Source of the DNA: Dehalococcoidia bacterium
Lineage (GTDB): Bacteria; Chloroflexota; Dehalococcoidia; UBA2979
Direction of reading: 5' to 3'
NCBI GenBank assembly: GCA_019694855.1
Contig: JAIBBD010000002.1
Coordinates: forward strand, 25,354 to 89,353
DNA length: 64,000 nt
Positions 28,575 through 37,014 of this stretch are shown here, piece by piece (position 1 is the stretch's first letter; the number at the start of each line of letters is the position of its first letter). The translations under genes were made by a program, and so were the position numbers. The notes beneath the pieces are model-generated. The model ran no database searches. It was not told where the DNA came from and was given only the letters and a program-made list of their open reading frames with translations.

Positions 28575-29501
28575 TCACGCCGCCGCCTCAGCCTCATCCA
28601 GCCGCCGTTTCGCCTCCTCGTACACATCCCTCGCCAGCGGTCCCCGTCCCAGCGCGTCGAGGTTCGCGCGCAGATGCTCCAGGTTCGCCGTCCCCACGAT
28701 TGTCGTGTGCAGGTCGGGATGCGAGAGCGTGAACCGCAACATGAATCCCATCCGGCTCTCACCATCGAGCAGCTCATCGAGGCGCGCGGCGTTCCAGAGC
28801 GCCTGCGGACGCTCCTCGGGCACCTCCGGCAGTCGGCGAATCGCCCACGCCTTCTCCTCGGACGGCGCGCCGCGCGCGACCCCGCCCCGGATCACTGTCC
28901 CTGCGCCGCCTCGGGCCGCGTCACCGATCGCCCCCTCGTGCTCCCGCTGCAGTGCCGAATACGGAATCTGAAACACGTCGAAGACGCCTGAGGCGACCTG
29001 CGCGTCGAGGCGGTCCCCTGCCCCCGACATCCCGATGAACCGGATCGCGCCCGCCCGCTGGAGGTCGCGCAGCACCTCGACGGCGCCCTGCTCGTCGAGC
29101 ATCGCCATCGACGGGTTCCCGTGAAACTGCACGACGTCGAGGTAGTTCGTGCGCATCCGGCGCAGACTCTGCTCGACCGCCGCCCTGATGTTCTCCGGCG
29201 TGTACGCGTGCCCCGTGCCCGCCGAGGCTGCCACCGGGCAACCGCACTTCGTCGCGAGGAAGTACTCCCCGCGCCGATCGGCGATCGCCCGCCCGATCAT
29301 CTCCTCGCTCGGCCCGTAGTCTGGCGACGTGTCGATGTAGTTGATGCCGGCATCGAGCACCGCGTTCAGGATGCGGTTTGCCTCGTCCGGCGAGACGACA
29401 CGCCCGAATCGATCGTCGAGCGACATCGCCCCGTAGCCCAGCTTCGTGACTTCGAGGCCGGTCCGTCCCAGCGGACATGTCGGCAGCCCCTGGCCCGTCA
29501 T
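28575..29501 (-). CDS. Aldo/keto reductase
   Basis: AKR signatures (LGYGAMSL, INYIDTSPDYG, FLATKCG, IGMSG). Confidence 0.8.
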   Translation of the reverse strand: MTGQGLPTCPLGRTGLEVTKLGYGAMSLDDRFGRVVSPDEANRILNAVLDAGINYIDTSPDYGPSEEMIGRAIADRRGEYFLATKCGCPVAASAGTGHAYTPENIRAAVEQSLRRMRTNYLDVVQFHGNPSMAMLDEQGAVEVLRDLQRAGAIRFIGMSGAGDRLDAQVASGVFDVFQIPYSALQREHEGAIGDAARGGAGTVIRGGVARGAPSEEKAWAIRRLPEVPEERPQALWNAARLDELLDGESRMGFMLRFTLSHPDLHTTIVGTANLEHLRANLDALGRGPLARDVYEEAKRRLDEAEAAA

Positions 29502-29508
29502 GGTCGCC

Positions 29509-30735
29509 TCACTCCGACTGCAGGAACGACCGCAGCAGGTTGAGCGACTCCGTCACCGCCCGCCGCTTCGCCGCTTCGCGGCCCTGGTAGTACGCATACT
29601 GGCGGTACAGCATCCGGTCCCCATCCGTCACCGCGATGTGCATCGTCCCGGGCGGCTGTCCCTCCATCTCGGCGCCGCCGGCAATCCCCGTGATCCCGAG
29701 GCCGACGTCGGAGCCCAGCCGCTCCCGCGCCGCGCGCGCCATCGCCTCGGCCGTGGCCTCCGAGATCACGCCATGCGTGAACACGACGCCCCCTGGCACG
29801 CCGAGGTCGATCTTCGCCTGCGTCGCGTACGTCACGAGGCTGCCGAGGAAGTACTCCGTCGATCCTTCGCCGTCTGTGATCGCATCGGCGATCGCTCCGC
29901 CCGTCGCCGACTCCATGACGCCGAGGGTCAACCCCGCGTCGCGCAGGAGCTTGCCGACCCCCGCCGCCAGGGAGTCGTCGTCAACGCCCCAGATCGCCGG
30001 CCCGAGGATGCGGCGCACTTCTTGCTCCACCGGCACGATGAGCGCCCACGCCTCCTCCCGCGTCGGCGCCTTGGCGCTGATTCGCACATGCACCCCGTCC
30101 CGCCGCGCGTAGATTCCGAGGTATGGGTTCGCGCTCTTCCAGAGGTCGCCCAGCCGTTCGTCTACCGAGCCCTCGCCCAGGCCGCTGGTCTTCAGCGTCC
30201 GCGACACCAGGACGGCCGTCGAGCGTCGTTCGAGCTCCGGGTCGACCTCGCGCTCCCACATATGCGTCATCTCGGCCGGCGGCCCTGGCATCACCACGAT
30301 CACGTGGCCGTCACGCTGGACCCACCAGCCAGGGGCTGTTCCTCGTGGGTTCGGCAGCACCCGGCACGAGGGAATCGTCGTCGCCTGCTTCAGGTTGCGC
30401 TCGGGAAACTCACGTGTCCGCTGCGCGAACCACTGCCGTAAATGCGCCTCCTGCTCCGCGTCGACGGTCATCTGCTCGCCGAGCACGGCCGCGACGCATT
30501 CGCGCGTCAGATCGTCCTCGGTCGGTCCGAGCCCGCCCGTCGTGAACACCAGGTCGGAGCGCTGCCACGCCCGCGCGATCACTTCCTGCAGCCGTGCCAC
30601 GTCGTCGCCCACCTGCGTCACGTACAGCAGGTCGATCCCGAACTGCGGGAGTTTCGAGGCGATGAACGCCGCGTTCGTGTCCGTGATCTCGCCCAGCATG
30701 ATTTCCGTGCCGATCGAGATGATTTCCGCCCGCAT
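29509..30735 (-). CDS. cinA: Competence/damage-inducible protein CinA (MocF-like N-domain plus nicotinamide-nucleotide amidohydrolase C-domain)
   Basis: MRAEIISIGTEIMLGEITDTNAAFIA...TTGGLGPTEDDLT is canonical CinA. Start set at MRAEIIS. Confidence 0.85.
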   Translation of the reverse strand: MRAEIISIGTEIMLGEITDTNAAFIASKLPQFGIDLLYVTQVGDDVARLQEVIARAWQRSDLVFTTGGLGPTEDDLTRECVAAVLGEQMTVDAEQEAHLRQWFAQRTREFPERNLKQATTIPSCRVLPNPRGTAPGWWVQRDGHVIVVMPGPPAEMTHMWEREVDPELERRSTAVLVSRTLKTSGLGEGSVDERLGDLWKSANPYLGIYARRDGVHVRISAKAPTREEAWALIVPVEQEVRRILGPAIWGVDDDSLAAGVGKLLRDAGLTLGVMESATGGAIADAITDGEGSTEYFLGSLVTYATQAKIDLGVPGGVVFTHGVISEATAEAMARAARERLGSDVGLGITGIAGGAEMEGQPPGTMHIAVTDGDRMLYRQYAYYQGREAAKRRAVTESLNLLRSFLQSE

Positions 30736-30873
30736 TGCTCGCTCCCCCGTCCGCTGACCTCGCGATGGTAGCAGAGCGCGGTCCCGCTCCCGCCCCGGCC
30801 AACCGAGGTGCCAGACACGAAGGAGGGGAGCACATGCTCCCCTCCTTCGTGTCACTGACGTCCTGTTCGGCCG

Positions 30874-31644
30874 CTACCGGCTGCGGCCGTCCGAGCGTCG
30901 CACCGTCACCAGGCGCGCGCCCGCGAGGCCGACCGCCGTGACCCCGAGCCACAGCCCGAGCGGCAGCCTGGAATCACCCACAGCCATCCCACCGTTACCG
31001 GCGCTCGGCGGCCGCGGTGCGAGGACGAGGCCGGGGCCCGCTCCCTGTACGCCGCCGGTGATGCCGCCACCCGTCGCACCCCCGCCAGTCGAGGGCGTTG
31101 TCGGCACGGTCGTGGGGATGCTCGTCGCCGTGCGCGTCGGCGTCGCCGTGGCGGTCGCCGTACGCGTCGCCGTCGAGGTTGCCGTAGCGGTCCCCGTCGC
31201 GGTAGCCGTCGCCGTCGCCGTCATGGTCGCGGTGCCAGTCAGAGTCGCGGTCGCCGTCGGCGTGCCCATCGGGTAGCCGCAGTTGTTGTAGTACACGGCC
31301 TTCCCGGCATCCCAGTTCAGGCCGCCTTCGAGGCCCACGACGTTTGGCAGCGGCGGGATGATGTCACCCCACATCTGGCCGCTCGCCTTGATCGACTCCG
31401 CCTGGGCCTGGCTCGTCGCGACGACTCCAAGGTGCCCGCTATGCCCCTCGCTCACCACCGCCGAGGTCGACACGGTGATCCGGACGTACGGGTTGGTCAC
31501 CGAGTCCGTCCGGTGGCAGAGCGTGACCTGATCCGTCTGCGCGCTCGCGGGGTGCAAGGCCGCCCCGCCGATGAGCGCGAACGCCATCATGCTCATACCG
31601 AGCAATGAAGGAGCCGTCGCTCGTCCGCCAATTCGATACTTCAT
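30874..31644 (-). CDS. Secreted/cell-surface protein with Thr/Ala-repeat linker and C-terminal membrane anchor
   Basis: ATG 31644 after GGAGGAGCC. N-terminal signal peptide (MKYRIGGRATAPSLLGMSMMAFALIGGAALHPASA), a roughly 120-aa globular domain, a (TA)n/PT linker, a Gly-rich segment, and a C-terminal LPLGLW-hydrophobic-RRSDGRSR tail. Confidence 0.55.
   Translation of the reverse strand: MKYRIGGRATAPSLLGMSMMAFALIGGAALHPASAQTDQVTLCHRTDSVTNPYVRITVSTSAVVSEGHSGHLGVVATSQAQAESIKASGQMWGDIIPPLPNVVGLEGGLNWDAGKAVYYNNCGYPMGTPTATATLTGTATMTATATATATGTATATSTATRTATATATPTRTATSIPTTVPTTPSTGGGATGGGITGGVQGAGPGLVLAPRPPSAGNGGMAVGDSRLPLGLWLGVTAVGLAGARLVTVRRSDGRSR
31125..31262. repeat. Low-complexity 6/9-nt periodic GTCGCC/GTNGCG repeat encoding the Thr-Ala linker
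   Basis: Iterated gtcgccgt(a/g)gcggtcgccgtacgc units lie inside the CDS. It is not spacer-interrupted, so it is not CRISPR. Confidence 0.7.
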
Positions 31645-31925
31645 GGCTCCTCCTGCTGCTAAGGCTCGCTGGATCGACCTCATTTCAAGGTCGGCCGCGA
31701 GCGGGGACGCAGGCACACCACCTGAGGCGCCGAAAGGCGGCGTGGACAGCGAGGCGCCGGACGCGGCCTGCTCATCGTCGCGCCCGCCCCATCGCGAACT
31801 CATGCATGACTTAGGGCGAGCGTTACGGCTCTCTGCGAGCGCCCGGGACAGGGCATGCGTGCTGCCCTCGACCGGCGTACGCTGGAGGCGCGCCTCCTCG
31901 CGTCCGATCTCGGGCAGGTCCCCCC

Positions 31926-32435
31926 ATGCACCTCATCCTCAACGACGTCACGCCATTGCATTGGGCGGTTGGAGGCGCGGGCATTGCCGCGGTCACCCTC
32001 GCGCTGCTCTTCTTGACCGGGCGGCGGCTTGGCATCTCCACCGGTTTCGAGGACGCCTGCTCGCTCGTCCTCGACGCCCCCTATTTCCGGCGCTCCAGCT
32101 TGCTCGGTGACCGCAACTGGCGCCTGCAATTCGTCGCCGGCCTGCTCCTCGGTGGCTTCCTGTCGGCAGTGCTCAGCGGGGGCTGGAGTCCTACCTGGGA
32201 TCTCGGCATGTTCGACGAGGTCATCGGCTGGGGCGCGGGCGCGAAGCTCGTTTGGATGTTCGTGGGAGGCCTGTTCATTGGCTTCGGCACGCGCCTCGCG
32301 GGCGGCTGCACGAGCGGCCACGGCATCTTCGGCATCTCCAACCTCGAGCTGCCGAGCTTCGTCACCACCGCGAGCTTCATGCTCGCCGGCATCATCACCA
32401 CCCACATCATCTATCGCGTGATGTTCGAGGCCTGA
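31926..32435 (+). CDS. YeeE/YedE-family sulfur-containing-compound transporter, first half (DUF395)
   Basis: The GxxFGxG...GGCTSGHG motif is typical of the YeeE/YedE N-half. It has 4 TM helices. Confidence 0.65.
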   Translation: MHLILNDVTPLHWAVGGAGIAAVTLALLFLTGRRLGISTGFEDACSLVLDAPYFRRSSLLGDRNWRLQFVAGLLLGGFLSAVLSGGWSPTWDLGMFDEVIGWGAGAKLVWMFVGGLFIGFGTRLAGGCTSGHGIFGISNLELPSFVTTASFMLAGIITTHIIYRVMFEA

Positions 32436-32449
32436 GCGAGGAGCGCGAG

Positions 32450-32896
32450 ATGGTCCTGCTGTACGTCTTCCTCGGCACGGTCTTCGGCTTCGTCCTGAGC
32501 CGCTCAGGCGCCGCCGATTACAACTACATCCAGGGGATGTTCCTGCTCGAGAAGTTCCAGCTCTACGGCATCATCGGCACCGCCGTGCTCATCGGCATCC
32601 CCGGCGTCTACCTGCTGAAGCGCCACGGCCACACCGCCTCAGGAGCCATGCTGATCGTCCGAGGCAAGCCGCGCCATCGAGGCAATATCGCGGGCGGCAT
32701 CCTCTTCGGCATCGGCTGGTCGATCACGGGCATGTGCCCCGGCCCGATCGTCGTCAACATCGGCGAGGGCAAGATTTACGCGCTCGCGGCCCTGGCGGGC
32801 GCCCTCACCGGCGCCGCGCTGTTTGGCTCGCTCTACGAGCGGCTGCGCCGGCCGTTCCGTCTGCCAGCGCTCCAGTACGGGACCGGCGACGGCTAG
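32450..32896 (+). CDS. YeeE/YedE-family transporter, second half
   Basis: VFGFVLSRSGAADY...GGILFGIGWSITGMCPG is the second YeeE repeat. The gene was found in a frame not used by the ORF track. Confidence 0.6.
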   Translation: MVLLYVFLGTVFGFVLSRSGAADYNYIQGMFLLEKFQLYGIIGTAVLIGIPGVYLLKRHGHTASGAMLIVRGKPRHRGNIAGGILFGIGWSITGMCPGPIVVNIGEGKIYALAALAGALTGAALFGSLYERLRRPFRLPALQYGTGDG

Positions 32897-33702
32897 GCGC
32901 CGTCCGGCCGCACGACCTCAAACGTCCGCCGCCGCTCCGTCATGACGAACCGCCCCAGGCCCGGCTCCGGGAGGTGGCTTGCGGCCACGAGCCCGTTCGA
33001 CGCTCCGATGCGCTCGAGCAGCATGCGCCGTGTCGCGCGCACGGGTTCCGCCGCCCAGTCCCACGAAGTCACCCAGTCCGGTTCCGCCACGTCGACTGGC
33101 GTCAGAAACGCGTCGCCGAGGACATACGCCTCCTCCCCCTCGGACGAGATCACGACCGTCAGGTGTCCCGGTGTGTGGCCCGGCGTGTGCAGCGTCACCA
33201 GCGACGGCGAGATCGTGTGCTCGCCCTCGATCAGCTGCAGCGCTCCCAGGCCCTCGAGGGGCGCGACGTCCCGCGTGAACGAGTCGGGCGGTGGGTTCTG
33301 CGCCCCGTAGTGCTCCCAATCTCCGCGCGGCACCAGGTAGCGCGCGCTCGGAAATCGCGGCCCGCCGGTCTCCCGCAGTAGGTTCCATCCGGTGTGGTCG
33401 CCATGCAGGTGCGTGAACACCACGGTGTCGATGTCCCCGGGTGCCACCCCCGCCGCCCGCAGTTCCTCCATCAGCTTGCCTTCGGCTTCCGGCCCGTTCC
33501 CCGCGTCGACGAGCACCGTCCGGCCGTCGGCGCGCAGCAGGAAGCTCGAGAAGCTCAGCACCACGTTGCCCGACCCGTCGAGGAGGTCCTGATACCCGTC
33601 GAGGGCGCTTCCGGCCTCCGTGTACACGCTGTCGGCCGGATACGCCCCGACCATGTCGACCAGCGCAACCACTTCGACGTTGCCGACCATCACCCGCTGC
33701 AT
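32893..33702 (-). CDS. MBL-fold metallo-hydrolase
   Basis: THLHGDHTGW and downstream His/Asp ligands. Start at MQRVMVG. Confidence 0.7.
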   Translation of the reverse strand: MQRVMVGNVEVVALVDMVGAYPADSVYTEAGSALDGYQDLLDGSGNVVLSFSSFLLRADGRTVLVDAGNGPEAEGKLMEELRAAGVAPGDIDTVVFTHLHGDHTGWNLLRETGGPRFPSARYLVPRGDWEHYGAQNPPPDSFTRDVAPLEGLGALQLIEGEHTISPSLVTLHTPGHTPGHLTVVISSEGEEAYVLGDAFLTPVDVAEPDWVTSWDWAAEPVRATRRMLLERIGASNGLVAASHLPEPGLGRFVMTERRRTFEVVRPDGA

Positions 33703-33764
33703 CGCACCCTCCTCGCGGTTCCGCGGCGAACCGTACACGATCGGCCGCCTGCCGAGGAGAGACC

Positions 33765-34376
33765 CTACCGCGGCGTCAGGCCCGCGAGGACGGCGTCGAC
33801 CAGCCGCAGGGGCAACTCGAGGATCGCGAGGGGATGCAGCGGTTGCTGGAGCAGGCCGGAGAGCACGATGGGGCCGATGATCATCGCAAACGCCAGGTTC
33901 AGGTCGATGTCCGTGCGGATCTCGCCGCGTTCCTGGCCTCGTCGCAGTGCGGCGATCATGGCCGCCCGCCGCACCTCAAACACGTGGCGAAGGAAGAGCT
34001 GCCGCAACTCCGGAGTCGCGAGGGTGACCGCGATCATCTGTGCCAGGGCGGGCGGCGGCAGTGTGCGCGCGGTTGCCCGGCCGAACTCGCCGATGATCGT
34101 CACGAGGTCACCTCGCACGGAGCCCGTCTCGACGATGCGCACCTCCCGGTCGATGGACTGAAAGGCCGCCTCGATCATCTCGAGGCGCGACCGCCACCGT
34201 CGGTAGATCGTCGCCTTGCTCACCCCCGCCCGCGCGGCCGCCGCCTCCATCGTCACGCCCTCCAGGCCCTGCTCCGCGAGCAGTTCCAGCGTGGCATCGA
34301 GGATCGCCCGTTCGGCTTCCGCGCTGCGTGGACGTCCCGGACGTCGCGCCGGCGGCCCGGCCTGCTCCTCGTTCAC
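33765..34376 (-). CDS. TetR/AcrR-family transcriptional regulator
   Basis: HTH GVSKATIYRRWRS and the TetR fold. GTG start overlaps the stop of the permease gene. It was extracted from a fused 440-aa ORF in the track. Confidence 0.75.
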   Translation of the reverse strand: MNEEQAGPPARRPGRPRSAEAERAILDATLELLAEQGLEGVTMEAAAARAGVSKATIYRRWRSRLEMIEAAFQSIDREVRIVETGSVRGDLVTIIGEFGRATARTLPPPALAQMIAVTLATPELRQLFLRHVFEVRRAAMIAALRRGQERGEIRTDIDLNLAFAMIIGPIVLSGLLQQPLHPLAILELPLRLVDAVLAGLTPR

Positions 34377-35107
34377 GCGGTCCGCCGGCGCAGAGTCACG
34401 GCCCCGAGCGCGAGCGCGGCGAACGCCACCACGACGATCACTGCCACGTCCACGGCCATCGTCGCTCCGGCGTTCCCCTTCCCCACCTCGTCCAGCGCCT
34501 CGACGGCGTACGTCATCGGCATCAGGTCGCTGGCGAACCGCAGCGGCGCGGCCATCTGCTCGCGAGGCGCGATCAGGCCGCACAGCAGCACCTGCGGCAT
34601 CACGATCGCAGGCATGAACTGCACCGCCTGAAACTCGCTGTACGCGAATGCGCTCACCAGCAGCCCGGTCGCCGTGCCCAGCACGGCATTCGCGACCGCG
34701 ATCACCCCCACGAGGAATGGGCTCCCCGCCGTGTCCAGCCCGAGGAACACGAACGCGACGACCGCCGCGACCGTCGTTTCGAGGGCCGCCGCCACGGCGA
34801 ACGCGATCCCATACCCCAGCAGCAGGTCCAGCTTCGCCATCGGCGTCGTCAGGAGCCGCTCCAGCGTCCCCGAGGTCCGCTCCCGCAGCATCCCGATGCT
34901 CGTGATCAGGAACATCGTTGTGAACGGCAGCACGCCGAGGAGTGTCAGCCCCACGTGGTCGAAGACCTGTGGCTTCGCGTCGTAGATGAACCGCAGCAAT
35001 GTCAGCAGTATCGCCGGCACCAGCAGCATCATCCCGACGGTCCGCCGGTCGTGGCGCAGCTGCATCAGCACCCGTCGTGCCGTCCACAACGTGATTCGAG
35101 GCGACAT
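34373..35107 (-). CDS. ABC-2 type transporter permease
   Basis: Six TM helices with an ABC-2 membrane domain pattern. The start ATG overlaps the ATPase stop (TGATG). Confidence 0.7.
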   Translation of the reverse strand: MSPRITLWTARRVLMQLRHDRRTVGMMLLVPAILLTLLRFIYDAKPQVFDHVGLTLLGVLPFTTMFLITSIGMLRERTSGTLERLLTTPMAKLDLLLGYGIAFAVAAALETTVAAVVAFVFLGLDTAGSPFLVGVIAVANAVLGTATGLLVSAFAYSEFQAVQFMPAIVMPQVLLCGLIAPREQMAAPLRFASDLMPMTYAVEALDEVGKGNAGATMAVDVAVIVVVAFAALALGAVTLRRRTA

Positions 35108-35847
35108 CAGTCTTGCTCCTCCCGGTGCGCGATCACGAGCCGCAGGAACGCCTCGTCGAGGTCGTCCGTGGCCGTCCGTTGCAGCACCTCTTCCGGCGTC
35201 CCGTCGGCGATTAGCTCGCCGTCGCTGATGAACAGCAGCCGGTCGCACCGCCGCGCCTCGTCCATCACGTGGCTGGACACAATGAGCGTCGCCCCCGCCT
35301 CGGCCAGCGCCCGGAAGCGCAGCCACAGCTCATTCCGCAGCACCGGGTCCTGTCCCACGGTCGGCTCGTCGAGGACCAGCAGCTCCGGATCACCGAGCAA
35401 GGTGCAGGCGAGCGATGCCCGCGCACGCTGCCCACCCGAGAGCGTGCTCGCGAGCTGTCCCGCGGCCTCGGTGAGACCGACGGACTCGACGCTCGCAAGC
35501 GCCTCGGCGGTGCCGCACCCGTACATCGCCGCGAAGTACGTCGCGTTCTCGATCACCGTGAGGTCCGGGTAAATCGAGGGCGCCTGGGTCAGATAGCCGA
35601 CGCGCCGGCGCAGTTCCGGCGAACCGGCGGGCAGGCCGAGGACCGTCACTCCGCCCGACGCGATCCGCTGCACGCCGACGATGGCCCGCATGAGCGTGGT
35701 CTTTCCGCTCCCGCTCGGGCCCAGCAGCCCCACCACGCTTCCGCGCGGAATCGCACAGCTCACCCCGTCGAGGATGAGCTTGCCTCCCCGGCGTACGACG
35801 AGTCGCTCGACCTCGACCGCCGTCCGAGTCGCAACAGCCTGTGGCAC
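35107..35847 (-). CDS. ABC transporter ATP-binding protein
   Basis: Walker A GPSGSGKTT, signature LSGGQRAR, Walker B LLVLDEPT. GTG start 6 nt after AAGGAGG. Confidence 0.8.
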   Translation of the reverse strand: MPQAVATRTAVEVERLVVRRGGKLILDGVSCAIPRGSVVGLLGPSGSGKTTLMRAIVGVQRIASGGVTVLGLPAGSPELRRRVGYLTQAPSIYPDLTVIENATYFAAMYGCGTAEALASVESVGLTEAAGQLASTLSGGQRARASLACTLLGDPELLVLDEPTVGQDPVLRNELWLRFRALAEAGATLIVSSHVMDEARRCDRLLFISDGELIADGTPEEVLQRTATDDLDEAFLRLVIAHREEQD

Positions 35848-35860
35848 TGGTGCCTCCTTA

Positions 35861-35880
35861 TCGATACGCGACAGTATCGA
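35861..35880. promoter_or_regulatory. Candidate TetR operator: perfect inverted repeat TCGATAC-N6-GTATCGA
   Basis: It lies immediately upstream of the SD of the ABC ATPase, the first gene of the ATPase-permease-TetR operon. Confidence 0.5.
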
Positions 35881-36017
35881 ATTCACAGTAGTGCGGCGAG
35901 TTACGAAACGCAAGAGGGTCGAAACGGCCAGCGGCACAGGCAACCACCCGCCTGCTCTCCTGCTATCCTCTCGCGTATTCCCTTGCGTGAAGAGGGACGC
36001 GTTCGAGGGAGTACCGC

Positions 36018-36998
36018 GTGCCCGAAACGGCCCAACTCCGCGCCGAGCCCGGCTCCGTCGCCGCCATCCGCGACGTCGCCGGCCGCATCCGTACGAGCGT
36101 CGCCCGCGTCATCGTGGGCGCCGAGGAGCCCATCGACCTCATCCTCGCGGCGCTCGTCAGCGGCGGCCACATTCTGATCGAGGACGTCCCGGGCACGGGT
36201 AAGACCATGCTCGCTCGCGCCTTCGCCCGCTCGATCGGGGCGACCTTCCACCGCATCCAGTTCACGCCCGACCTCATGCCGTCCGACATCCTCGGCATCA
36301 ACTACTACTCGCAGCGCACGGGCGACTTCGAGTTCCGTCCCGGGCCGATCCTCGCGAACGTGATCCTCGCCGACGAGGTGAACCGCGCCACCCCGCGCAC
36401 CCAGTCCGCGCTCCTCGAGGCGATGGAGGAGCGCACGGTGACCGTCGACGGCGAGACGCGGCCGCTTCCGGACCCGTTCCTCGTCCTCGCCACCCAGAAC
36501 CCGATCGAACTCGAAGGCACGTTCCCGCTCCCTGAGGCGCAGCTCGACCGGTTCCTGCTTCGCCTCAAGGTCGGCTACCCGACCGAGGCTGGCGAAATCG
36601 AGGTGCTCCGCCGCTTCGAGGGTGCTTCACCGCTCGACGCGCTGCGTCCGGCCGTGGAGGCTGAGGAGCTGCTCCGCCTGCGTCAGGTCCTCCCGGGCAT
36701 CCACGTCGAGGACGCCGTTGCCGCCTACGTCGTGCGCCTCTGCCGCGCCACCCGTGACCACATCGCCTTCGACCTCGGTGCGAGTCCACGCGCCTCGCTC
36801 GCGCTCTTTCGCGCCGCTCGCGCGCTCGCTGCCATGGACGGCCGTGACTACGTCCGCCCCGACGACGTCAAGCGCCTCGCGCAGCCCGTCCTCGCGCACC
36901 GTCTCGTGCTCTCCTCGCAGACCCGCCTCCGTGGACGTAGCGCGGACGATGTCCTCGACGAGATCCTGCACGAGGTACCCGTCCCCGTCGCCGACTAG
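36018..36998 (+). CDS. moxR: MoxR-family AAA+ ATPase
   Basis: Walker A DVPGTGKT, Walker B VILADEVNRA and the sensor regions. It is followed by DUF58 and DUF4129 genes. Confidence 0.85.
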   Translation: MPETAQLRAEPGSVAAIRDVAGRIRTSVARVIVGAEEPIDLILAALVSGGHILIEDVPGTGKTMLARAFARSIGATFHRIQFTPDLMPSDILGINYYSQRTGDFEFRPGPILANVILADEVNRATPRTQSALLEAMEERTVTVDGETRPLPDPFLVLATQNPIELEGTFPLPEAQLDRFLLRLKVGYPTEAGEIEVLRRFEGASPLDALRPAVEAEELLRLRQVLPGIHVEDAVAAYVVRLCRATRDHIAFDLGASPRASLALFRAARALAAMDGRDYVRPDDVKRLAQPVLAHRLVLSSQTRLRGRSADDVLDEILHEVPVPVAD

Positions 36999-37014
36999 CC
37001 GGGGACCGCTGCCG

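Noticed and set aside
28502-28777. 92-codon N-terminal extension of the MBL-fold hydrolase ORF
   Set aside because: It is Cys/Arg/Trp-rich with no domain. The conserved MBL fold starts at the internal Met with better context.
31100-31270. Possible CRISPR-like or tandem array in the GTCGCC repeats
   Set aside because: The units are 6-9 nt, contiguous and in-frame, encoding a Thr/Ala stalk. There are no unique spacers or cas genes nearby.
31645-31803. 53-codon extension upstream of the surface-protein gene
   Set aside because: The true start is ATG 31644, just after GGAGGAGCC and followed by a canonical signal peptide.
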